A stretch of DNA of 32,000 bases from Cereibacter sphaeroides 2.4.1 (GTDB taxonomy: Bacteria > Pseudomonadota > Alphaproteobacteria > Rhodobacterales > Rhodobacteraceae): the NCBI RefSeq assembly GCF_000012905.2, contig NC_007493.2, positions 1,770,001-1,802,000 of the forward strand, read 5' to 3'. Shown here one piece after another: positions 1 to 7,185 of the stretch (position 1 is the first letter of the stretch; each line of letters opens with the position of its first letter). The notes under the pieces were generated by a model. It saw only the letters and a list, made by a program, of their open reading frames with translations. It did not search any database and was not told the DNA's origin. The translations under genes and the position numbers were made by a program.

Positions 1-296
1 TGTTCTCGGACCTCGCCGGCGCCGGGCCCTATGCCGAACCTACGGAGGTGCCCTTCTCGACGCTCCTGCCCGCCTTCATGACCTCGGAGCTGAAGACCGC
101 CTTCCAGATCGGCTTCCTGCTGTTCCTGCCCTTCCTCGTCATCGACATGGTGATCGCCTCGATCCTGATGGCGCTCGGCATGATGATGCTCTCACCCATG
201 CTGGTCTCGCTGCCCTTCAAGCTGCTGCTCTTCGTGCTGGTCGACGGATGGGCGCTGACGGTGGGCTCGCTCGCCGCGACCTACGGGGGGCAGTGA
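1..296 (+). CDS. fliP: Flagellar type III export gate protein FliP, C-terminal part (5' end outside the window; in frame from nt 3)
   Basis: The frame is open from the window edge to TGA 294-296. The translation ...[49 protein letters not shown]... is the conserved FliP membrane core. It is followed by fliQ-fliR-flhB. Confidence 0.9.
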   Translation, partial: FSDLAGAGPYAEPTEVPFSTLLPAFMTSELKTAFQIGFLLFLPFLVIDMVIASILMALGMMMLSPMLVSLPFKLLLFVLVDGWALTVGSLAATYGGQ

Positions 297-562
297 TGGA
301 TTTCGACGGCAGCATCGAGCATCTGCGGCTGGCCTACTGGAACATCCTGCTGACCGCAGGCCCTGTCCTCGGCGTGGCGCTGGCCGTGGGCCTTGTCATC
401 GGCATCCTGCAGGCGGCGACCTCGATCAACGAATCCACGCTGAGCTTCGTGCCGAAGCTCGCCATCGTGCTCCTGACCATGGCGCTTGCCTCGAGCTTCA
501 TGCTCACGCGGATGACGGACTATTTCGCCTTCGTCTTCGAGACGATCGCCACGATCCGCTGA
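296..562 (+). CDS. fliQ: Flagellar export gate protein FliQ (88 aa)
   Basis: ATG 296 overlaps the fliP stop (TGATG). It is a small protein with two hydrophobic helices (LLTAGPVLGVALAVGLVIGILQAATSINE; KLAIVLLTMALASSFML), in the canonical fliPQR position. The track start at 248 is an upstream non-ATG extension. Confidence 0.9.
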   Translation: MDFDGSIEHLRLAYWNILLTAGPVLGVALAVGLVIGILQAATSINESTLSFVPKLAIVLLTMALASSFMLTRMTDYFAFVFETIATIR

Positions 563-1371
563 TGGAGAGCGCCGCCGCCCTGCCCGCGCTGGAGTTGCCC
601 GGCCTCCTGTCGCTCCTGACCGGCGCCTTCGTGGCGAGCCTGCGGATCGGGGCCTTCCTCATCGCCTCGCCCGCCTTCGGCGGCCGCTTCGTGCCGCTGC
701 CCGTCAGGATCGTGGCGACGGTGATCCTCACCCTGCCGGTGCTGGGCCGGGTGGAGCTGCCCCCGCCGGAGGAGCTGGCCTCGCTCGCGGCCATCCCCCT
801 CATGATGCAGGAGATCGCGGTCGGCCTGTCGGCGGGGCTCGTGCTGACCATCCTCTTCTCGGCCGCGGCCCTCGCCGGAGACCGGATCGCCTCGACCGCC
901 GGTCTGGGCTTCGCCGCGCAGATCGATCCGTCGGCGGGCGGGCAGACGCCGGTCGTGGCGCAGATCTTCGGGCTGGCGCTGACCACGGTCTTCCTTGCCC
1001 TCGACGGCCATCTGACCGCGCTCGACATCCTCCTGCGCAGCTACGAGAGCCTGCCGCCGGGCGCGCCCTTCGCCCCGGGGCGCTTCCTCGAGGCCGGCAT
1101 CGGCGCGGGCGGGCGCATGTTCCTCCTCGGCCTCCAGATCATGATGCCGGTCGTGGCGGCGCTCATCCTCATCAACGTCACGATCGGGATCGTCACCCGC
1201 TCGGCGCCACAGCTCAATGTCTTTTCCTTCGGCTTCCCCGTGACCATGTCGGCCACGCTGATCCTGCTGTTCCTGACCGCGCCCGGCACGATGGGCGCCT
1301 TCTCGGGGCTGGTCGAGGAGAGCCTCACCGCGCTGGCGGGCCTTCTGGGGGTCGTCCATGGCCGAGGGTGA
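562..1371 (+). CDS. fliR: Flagellar export gate protein FliR (269 aa)
   Basis: ATG 562 overlaps the fliQ stop (TGATG). It is a polytopic hydrophobic protein lying between fliQ and flhB. Confidence 0.9.
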   Translation: MESAAALPALELPGLLSLLTGAFVASLRIGAFLIASPAFGGRFVPLPVRIVATVILTLPVLGRVELPPPEELASLAAIPLMMQEIAVGLSAGLVLTILFSAAALAGDRIASTAGLGFAAQIDPSAGGQTPVVAQIFGLALTTVFLALDGHLTALDILLRSYESLPPGAPFAPGRFLEAGIGAGGRMFLLGLQIMMPVVAALILINVTIGIVTRSAPQLNVFSFGFPVTMSATLILLFLTAPGTMGAFSGLVEESLTALAGLLGVVHGRG

Positions 1372-2500
1372 CGACGGGCAGGAGAAGACCGAGGAGCCGA
1401 CCCAGAAGCGGCGCGAGCAGGCGCGCGAGGACGGCTCCATCGTCACCTCGAAGGAGGTTTTCGTTTTCGCCACGCTCGCGGGCGGGCTCGCGCTCCTGAT
1501 GATGATCGAGGGGCTGCTGCCCGCGCTGGTGCGGGGCTGGTCGGGCTATCTGGTGATCGAGCCGGGCGCGGATCTCGAGCGGATCGCGATGGTGCGTCTG
1601 GGTCAGGCCTGGCGCGAGGTGCTGATCGCGGGGCTCGTCGTGTCTGTGCCGCTTCTGGCCCTCGTGCTGCTCGTCCAGTCCGCGATGGGCGGCATCAATT
1701 TCTCGACCAAGGCGCTGAGCTTCAAGGCGAGCCGGATCAATCCGGCGGCCGGTCTGAAGCGCATGGTCTCGCTCAAGGCGCTGGTGGAGCTTGCCAAGGC
1801 CGTGGCCAAGGTCGCGCTCCTGATCGGGGTGGCGGTGCTCGTGCTGCGCGACGAACTCTCGCCCCTCGATCGGCTCTGGACGGCGGCGCCGGGAGATGCG
1901 GCGGCGGTGCTCGGCGCGGGTCTGATCCGGCTCGTCTCGGCGCTTCTCATCGTGCTCGCCGTCATCGGCGGGCTCGATCTCGTCTGGCAGGCCTGGAGCC
2001 TGACCAATTCCATGAAGATGTCGCGGCAGGAGCTGAAGGAGGAGTCGAAGGAGTCGAACGGCTCGCCCGAGGTGAAGGGCCGGATGCGGCGGATGCAGAT
2101 GGAGGCCTCGCGCAACGGGGCGAGGCGCCGCGCGGCCCTCGACGACGTGCCGCAGGCGACCGCCATCGTGACCAACCCGACCCATTTCGCCGTCGCGCTC
2201 CGCTATGTGCCGGGCGAGACCCCGGCCCCGGTGATCCTCGCGATGGGCAAGGGGCCGATGGCGCTCGACATCATCGAGCGCGGGCGGAAGGCAGGCATCG
2301 GCACGCTGCGCATCCCCCTCCTTGCCCGCGCGCTCTATTTCACCGGCGACATCGGGCAGGAGATCCCGGACGGGCTCTATGGCGCGGTGGCGGTGGTGCT
2401 GGCCCACGTCTACCGGCTCGACCGCGGCGAGGCGGCGGAGATGCCCGACGTCGATGTGCCCGAGGGGCTCGCTTTCGACGAATTCGGCCGGCCGATGTGA
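1358..2500 (+). CDS. flhB: Flagellar export switch protein FlhB (380 aa)
   Basis: The N-terminus EKTEEPTQKRREQAREDGSIVTSKE is the FlhB/YscU signature. There are four hydrophobic segments and the autocleavage motif NPTH (TNPTHFAVALRY). The start overlaps the fliR end by 14 nt. Confidence 0.93.
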   Translation: MAEGDDGQEKTEEPTQKRREQAREDGSIVTSKEVFVFATLAGGLALLMMIEGLLPALVRGWSGYLVIEPGADLERIAMVRLGQAWREVLIAGLVVSVPLLALVLLVQSAMGGINFSTKALSFKASRINPAAGLKRMVSLKALVELAKAVAKVALLIGVAVLVLRDELSPLDRLWTAAPGDAAAVLGAGLIRLVSALLIVLAVIGGLDLVWQAWSLTNSMKMSRQELKEESKESNGSPEVKGRMRRMQMEASRNGARRRAALDDVPQATAIVTNPTHFAVALRYVPGETPAPVILAMGKGPMALDIIERGRKAGIGTLRIPLLARALYFTGDIGQEIPDGLYGAVAVVLAHVYRLDRGEAAEMPDVDVPEGLAFDEFGRPM

Positions 2501-2509
2501 CGGCGCCTT

Positions 2510-2525
2510 TGGCGCAGAACTTGCA
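2510..2525 (+). promoter_or_regulatory. Sigma-54 (RpoN) promoter TGGCGC-N5-TTGCA in front of the motF-like gene
   Basis: TGGCGCagaacTTGCA has the correct -24 GG / -12 GC spacing. It lies 10 nt after the flhB stop and about 29 nt before ATG 2554, with GGAGAG as RBS between them. Confidence 0.75.
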
Positions 2526-2553
2526 GGTTCCGCGCAACGACGGAGAGCAGGCG

Positions 2554-3273
2554 ATGACGGAAGAGACCGACGACCCCCTCAGCGATGGCATCGCGCGCGC
2601 GCTCGGCGCCGCGAGCGCGGCCAACGATGCCGCGCAGGATCTCGATCTGCTTCAGGCCGAGCATCGCGCCTTCATGGAGCGGATGATCCGCGGGCAGAAG
2701 CGGATGCAGGCCCTGTGCCTCGGCGCGCTGGCCGGGGCCGGCGTGGCGGTCCTTCTGGGCGGGCTCGTCTATTTCCGCTCGGTCGCCGATCTGCGCGACG
2801 CCTCCGCGATTCAGGCGCAGGCGGGCGAGCTGATGGTCACGCGACTGACCGAGCTCGGCGAGGCCATCGGCAAGGTGGAAGGGCTGGCCGACCGGATCGA
2901 GGCGCAGGAGGCCACGCTCAAGACGGCCATCGAGGCGGTGGGCGACCGGGTCGCCGGCGATCTCGAGACCTATGCCGCCGATGCGGGCGCCATGGGGCCG
3001 CAGTTCGCCACCGCGATCCAGAGCCATGTGGACGAGGGCCTGGCCGCCACGCGCGAGGCGCTCGTCACGGCGCTCGGCGAGGTGGATGTCTCGCTGCGCC
3101 GGGCCATCGAGAGCGGCGCAGGCGCGAGCCCGGAGATCCGCGCGCTGATCGGCGAGATCCGCGCCGAGCGGGCGCCGGCGCGCAAGCCCGCGGCGAAGGC
3201 GCCGAGCCGCCCTGCCAAGGCCGCGCCCCGCCCGGCCCCGAAAGCGGCCGACAATCCGATCCGTTATCCGTGA
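2554..3273 (+). CDS. motF: Bitopic membrane protein, MotF-like flagellar rotation factor (239 aa from ATG 2554)
   Basis: ATG 2554 lies downstream of the sigma-54 promoter and has a GGAGAG RBS. The protein has one TM helix (ALCLGALAGAGVAVLLGGLVYF), then an Ala/Glu-rich helical region and a basic Pro/Ala/Lys tail. The position after flhB, as first gene of a two-gene unit, and the topology match my recollection of R. sphaeroides MotF. The name is from memory, not a search. Confidence 0.6.
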   Translation: MTEETDDPLSDGIARALGAASAANDAAQDLDLLQAEHRAFMERMIRGQKRMQALCLGALAGAGVAVLLGGLVYFRSVADLRDASAIQAQAGELMVTRLTELGEAIGKVEGLADRIEAQEATLKTAIEAVGDRVAGDLETYAADAGAMGPQFATAIQSHVDEGLAATREALVTALGEVDVSLRRAIESGAGASPEIRALIGEIRAERAPARKPAAKAPSRPAKAAPRPAPKAADNPIRYP

Positions 3274-3280
3274 GGTGCCC

Positions 3281-3949
3281 ATGACCGACACGACCTGCCT
3301 GCAGCTCTCGCAGCTCCTGCCCGCCGGGCGCGCCCTGCATCTGCGCCCCGGCGACCGGCTCTGCCGGATCAACGGCCTGCCCTTCACGGGCGGCGCGGAG
3401 GCTTTGGCGGAGCGGTTCGCCGCCGCAAGACCGCTGGCGCTCGGCTTCCGGCGGGGTGAGGCCGACGTCACCCTGCTGGCCGAGACCCCGGCACTCGGCC
3501 GGTGGGAGAGCGTGCCCGCGCCCGTCCTGCCCGAGGGCCCGCGCCTGCATCCCGAGGTGCTGCGGAACTGGGAGGTGCTGGCGGCGCCGGACGCGACCTA
3601 CGATCTCCAGCCGCTGTCGGGGGTCACGCTCGCCTGGCTCGCGACCCCGCTCTGGCTTCTGCAGATGCGGCTCTGGGGGCTTGCGGCCGCGCTCGCCGCG
3701 GCGGTGGCGCTGGCCTTCGCGGTTGCGCCCTGGCTTGCGGCCGGCGTTCATCTGCTGGCCGCCGTGCATGTGGGGCGCGCGGGCCCGGCCTATGTGCGGG
3801 CGGATCGCAAACTGCGGGGGCTCCTGCCGGTGGCCACGCTGGCCGCGGGCAGCGAAGCCGAGGCCCATGCGGCATGGCTGAGGCTCGCGCCGAACGCGCG
3901 CTTTCTCTTCGCGCGCGCCCTGCCTCTGCCCGCGCCGGCCTCGGCCTGA
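3281..3949 (+). CDS. Uncharacterised membrane protein, second gene of the motF unit (222 aa)
   Basis: ATG 3281 lies 8 nt after the motF stop and has a GAGG RBS. GC3 is high. The N-terminal ~70 aa look PDZ-like (LRPGDRLCRINGLPFTGGAEALAERF...LGFRRGEADVTL). The C-terminal half has Trp/Leu-rich TM helices (VTLAWLATPLWLLQMRLWGLAAALAAAVALAFAV) reminiscent of the DUF2628 motif. Confidence 0.7.
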   Translation: MTDTTCLQLSQLLPAGRALHLRPGDRLCRINGLPFTGGAEALAERFAAARPLALGFRRGEADVTLLAETPALGRWESVPAPVLPEGPRLHPEVLRNWEVLAAPDATYDLQPLSGVTLAWLATPLWLLQMRLWGLAAALAAAVALAFAVAPWLAAGVHLLAAVHVGRAGPAYVRADRKLRGLLPVATLAAGSEAEAHAAWLRLAPNARFLFARALPLPAPASA

Positions 3950-3955
3950 GACGGC

Positions 3956-5284
3956 TCAGAGCGCGCCGGTGACGATGGCCTGACGGCGGCGCTGCACCGA
4001 CGAGGGGATGTTCAGCTGCTCGCGATATTTGGCGACGGTGCGCCGGGCAAGCGTCACGCCCTCGTCGGAAATGATCTTTGCGATCGCATCGTCGCTCAGC
4101 GGATCGTCGGGCGATTCCGCCTGCACGAGCTGGCGGACGCGGTGCCGGACAGCGGCGGCCGATCCCGCCGTGTCGCCCTCGCGGGCGGCCAGCGCTGCGG
4201 TGAAAAACGACTTCAGCGGGAAGGTGCCCTGCGGCGTGGCGATCATCAGCCCCGAGCTCACCCGGCTGACGGTGCTTTCATGCACGCCCACCGCATCGGC
4301 CACCTCGCGCAGCGTCATGGGCGCCATGCGCGCCAGCCCCTCCTCGAGGAAGCCGCGCTGCCGGCGGACCACCTCGGCGCCGATCTTGAGCGTGGTCTGG
4401 TTGCGATGCTCGACGGCCCTTGCAAGCCATTTCGCGACCGACAGCCGCTCGCCCACATAGGGCGCGGCCGTCCGGGCGAAGCCTTCCGCCGCGTCCGAGC
4501 GCACCACGACGGACGGCAGCGTCGAGCGGTTCAGATCCACTCGCCAGCCTTCGGCGCCGCGGCTGACCACCAGATCCGGCGGTCGCTGGGGCGGAGGGGC
4601 GGCATCGAACAGCGCGCCCGGCTTGGGATTGAGACCGCGCAGGCTGCGCAGCACGGCCTTCAGATCCTCCATCCCGCAGCCGCAAGCGCGGCACAGGCCC
4701 TTGAGATCGGCCGCAGCCAGCAGCGGGAGATGCGCGAGAACGGCGGCGAACAGCGGGGTGAGCAGCCCCTGCTCTTCCGCCTGAAGCTGCAGGCATTCGG
4801 CAAGCGTGCGCGCAAAGAGCCCTGCGGGTTCGATCTTCTGAAGCCGGGCGAGCAGCGCCTCGGCCGCCTCGAGCGACAGGCCCGCGCGGAAGGCAAGTTC
4901 CTCCATCGGGCGACCGAGCCAGCCCCAGGGTTCGAGCGCGTCGAGAAAGACCTGGGCGGCCGCCGCTTGCGGGGCATCGAACCCCAGACGCGCGATCTCG
5001 GCCGCCACATGCACATAGAGCGACGGCCCCGGATCGGCGGCAAGCCCTGCCACGCGGTCCCAGTCCTCGGGTGCGGTCTTGCCCAGAGGAGCGGACGGCA
5101 CCGGCGCCGGCGGCAGGCGCAGTTCGATGAAAGGGTTTTCCTCCGACTGGCTCTCGATGAACGAGGACAGTTCGGCGTTCGGCATCTGCAGCAGGCAGAT
5201 GGCCTGCTGGAGCTGTGCCGTCACCACGAGCGACTGGCGCTGTGCGAAGCTCTGTGCGGTGTAAAGCTGCATTCCCGGCGTCAT
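3956..5284 (-). CDS. rpoN: RNA polymerase sigma-54 factor, flagellar-cluster paralog (about 442 aa)
   Basis: Region I is QSLVVTAQLQQAICLLQMPNAEL. The C-terminal part has an HTH and the RpoN box (GVTLARRTVAKYREQL). The start is either ATG 5284 or ATG 5272; the track start at 5398 (TTG) adds a non-homologous extension. In R. sphaeroides the copy in this position is called rpoN2. Confidence 0.9.
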   Translation of the reverse strand: MTPGMQLYTAQSFAQRQSLVVTAQLQQAICLLQMPNAELSSFIESQSEENPFIELRLPPAPVPSAPLGKTAPEDWDRVAGLAADPGPSLYVHVAAEIARLGFDAPQAAAAQVFLDALEPWGWLGRPMEELAFRAGLSLEAAEALLARLQKIEPAGLFARTLAECLQLQAEEQGLLTPLFAAVLAHLPLLAAADLKGLCRACGCGMEDLKAVLRSLRGLNPKPGALFDAAPPPQRPPDLVVSRGAEGWRVDLNRSTLPSVVVRSDAAEGFARTAAPYVGERLSVAKWLARAVEHRNQTTLKIGAEVVRRQRGFLEEGLARMAPMTLREVADAVGVHESTVSRVSSGLMIATPQGTFPLKSFFTAALAAREGDTAGSAAAVRHRVRQLVQAESPDDPLSDDAIAKIISDEGVTLARRTVAKYREQLNIPSSVQRRRQAIVTGAL

Positions 5285-5410
5285 CCCCACCCTGTCGTAG
5301 GAACAGAGTGGCGGAAAATGGCCGGCCGGGCAAAATTTCAGTTTGACAGGGGTAAAATGACGGCGGTTCGACGCGAGACCTGCCGCCGCGGCGGCCAAGT
5401 GCTTGTCGCG

Positions 5411-5441
5411 AAAGCCCTCCGCCCCTGTGCGGGCGGAGGGC
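5411..5441 (-). terminator. Intrinsic terminator downstream of fliC
   Basis: Perfect 11-bp GC stem (5414-5424 GCCCTCCGCCC with 5431-5441 GGGCGGAGGGC) and a 6-nt loop. On the - strand it is followed by TTT. It starts about 25 nt after the fliC stop and separates fliC from rpoN. Confidence 0.7.
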
Positions 5442-5465
5442 CGATGCGGTGCCGTCGGTTTTCCG

Positions 5466-6947
5466 TCAGCCGCGGAGCAGACTCAGGACGTTCTGCTTCG
5501 AGGAGTTCGCCTGCGCCAGCATCGCCGTCGAGGCCTGGCTCAGGATCTGCGAGCGGGCGAGGTTCGTCGATTCCGCCGCGAAGTCGGCGTCCATCACCTG
5601 CGACTTGGCGGCCTGCACGCTGGTCGAGATGTTGGTCAGGTTCGAGATCGTCGAGTCGAGGCGGTTCGAGACCGCACCCAGTTCCGAGCGCGACTGGCTG
5701 ATCTTCGAGAGCGCCACGTCGATCACACCGATGGCGGCCGACGCACCTTCGGCCGTGGACAGGTCGATCTCGGCCACCGAGCTGAGTTCCGAACCCTCGT
5801 TGGCGTTGGCGAAGTGGGCGGTGGCGCTGCCCGAGACCGAGGCCGCAACCGAGAAGGACTTGGTCGAGACGAGGTCCACCTGCCCGGTCACGCCGGCGCT
5901 CTTGTTCGTGCCGAAGCCGATGTCCACGTTGGTGGCGGTGGCGGTGCCATCGGATTTCAGCGCGGTCACCTTGAAGTCGGCCGTGGTGGAGGAGACGCTC
6001 GTCAGCATGATGTCATCGCCGTTCGCGTCGGTGAGAACGATCTTGCTGTTGTCGTCCTTGGCCATGGCGGCGGTGATGCCGGTCTGACCCGAGACCGCGT
6101 TGATCGCGTCGCGCAGGCCGCGGACGTCGGACGCGTCGGTGATGCTCACGTCGCCGATCGAGACCTCGTTGCCATCGGCGGTGCCGATCTTGAAGGTCAC
6201 CGTGTCGCCCTTGGTGAAGCCCGACAGCTGCGCCTTGGTGGTGGCCGTGGCCTCGACGCCGGTGCTCGAGGTCTTCTTGTTGATGGATTCGGCCAGCGTG
6301 CGCGCGGAGTCGCCCGCCGCCGTCGTGATCTTGTCGCTGCCGGCGAAGCCCGTGATCGTGATGTCGGTCGAGGCGGCGATCGTCGTGTCGGTGAGGGCCG
6401 CGTCGGCCACGACGGTCGAGGCGCTGGAGATCTTGTGGGCGCCGATGTCGGTGGCCGCGGCGCTGTCCACGTTGATCGCCATGGTCTGGCCCGAGTCGGC
6501 TCCGATCTGGAGCTGCTTGCCGGTGAAGGAGCCGTCGAGCACCTTCATGCCGTTGAAGGTCGTGGATTCCGCCACGCGGTTGATCTCGGCGATCAGCTGC
6601 TTGCCTTCGGCCGCGAGCGACCCGCGGTCGGCGGCGGTGTTGGTGTCGTTCGAGGACTGAACGGCCAGTTCGCGCAGACGCTGGAGCATCGAGGAAACCT
6701 CGACGTGCGCGCCTTCGGTCGTGTCCACGAGGTTCTTGCCGTCCTGCGCGTTCCGGATCGCCTGATTGAGACCCATGACCTGTGCGGTCATCTTCTCGCC
6801 GATGGCCATGCCGGCCGCGTCATCCTTGGCTGCGTTGATGCGCAGGCCGGTGGAGAGGCGCGTCATGGCCGTGTTGAACTGGTCGTTCACCTTGGTCATG
6901 TTGGCCTGAGCCGCGATGGCACCGATGTTCGTGTTGATCGTCGTCAT
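5466..6947 (-). CDS. fliC: Flagellin FliC (493 aa)
   Basis: The N-terminus MTTINTNIGAIAAQANMTKVNDQFNTAMTRLSTGLRINAAKDDAAG and the C-terminus ...LAQANSSKQNVLSLLRG are flagellin D0/D1 segments. The middle is Thr/Ala/Ser-rich and variable. An AGGAGG RBS lies 8 nt upstream. Confidence 0.97.
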   Translation of the reverse strand: MTTINTNIGAIAAQANMTKVNDQFNTAMTRLSTGLRINAAKDDAAGMAIGEKMTAQVMGLNQAIRNAQDGKNLVDTTEGAHVEVSSMLQRLRELAVQSSNDTNTAADRGSLAAEGKQLIAEINRVAESTTFNGMKVLDGSFTGKQLQIGADSGQTMAINVDSAAATDIGAHKISSASTVVADAALTDTTIAASTDITITGFAGSDKITTAAGDSARTLAESINKKTSSTGVEATATTKAQLSGFTKGDTVTFKIGTADGNEVSIGDVSITDASDVRGLRDAINAVSGQTGITAAMAKDDNSKIVLTDANGDDIMLTSVSSTTADFKVTALKSDGTATATNVDIGFGTNKSAGVTGQVDLVSTKSFSVAASVSGSATAHFANANEGSELSSVAEIDLSTAEGASAAIGVIDVALSKISQSRSELGAVSNRLDSTISNLTNISTSVQAAKSQVMDADFAAESTNLARSQILSQASTAMLAQANSSKQNVLSLLRG

Positions 6948-6998
6948 GGGTTGACCCTCCTGATCTCGCGTCGCTCGCCTCGCGGCGCTCTGTCCCCT

Positions 6999-7024
6999 TC
7001 AACGGCCGGCCGGAGAAACTTTTA
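6999..7024 (-). promoter_or_regulatory. Sigma-28 (FliA)-type promoter for fliC: TAAA-N14-GCCGTTGA
   Basis: The - strand reads TAAAAGTTTCTCCGGCCGGCCGTTGA, compared with the consensus TAAAGTTT-N11-GCCGATAA. The spacer is one nt shorter than canonical. The -10 ends 52 nt before the fliC ATG. Confidence 0.55.
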
Positions 7025-7130
7025 GCGCCCCTCCCAAAAATCCGCGGCAGGCGGAGGCTGCCCTTTGACAGCCGTTCGGACAAGGCCGTCGCGGCCTGCG
7101 GCAGCTTGCATCCTTCTTGCAGGGGCGGGC

Positions 7131-7157
7131 TAAAGCCCTGCGGACACGCGCCGTTAA
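7131..7157 (+). promoter_or_regulatory. Sigma-28 (FliA)-type promoter for fliD: TAAA-N15-GCCGTTAA
   Basis: TAAAGCCCTGCGGACACGCGCCGTTAA has exact canonical spacing and 7 of 8 matches in the -10. It lies 29 nt before ATG 7186. Confidence 0.7.
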
Positions 7158-7185
7158 TCCGGGGGTAGAGCGCAAGGAGCATCCC

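Noticed and set aside
5343-5358. TTGACA followed by TAAAAT on the + strand in the rpoN upstream region.
   Set aside because: The spacer is only 4 nt and the orientation is antisense to both neighbours. I could not assign a confident promoter for rpoN.
5403-7025. A 540-aa + strand ORF (plus 5449..6087 and 6100..6660) lies opposite fliC. Similar ORFs lie opposite rpoN (4142..5701), flgL/sltF (10054..12255), flgE (20155..22062), flgI (16839..18092) and fleQ (9064..10002).
   Set aside because: All are antisense to genes with strong family signatures, all have a Gly/Arg/Asp/His-rich composition, and none has a plausible RBS.
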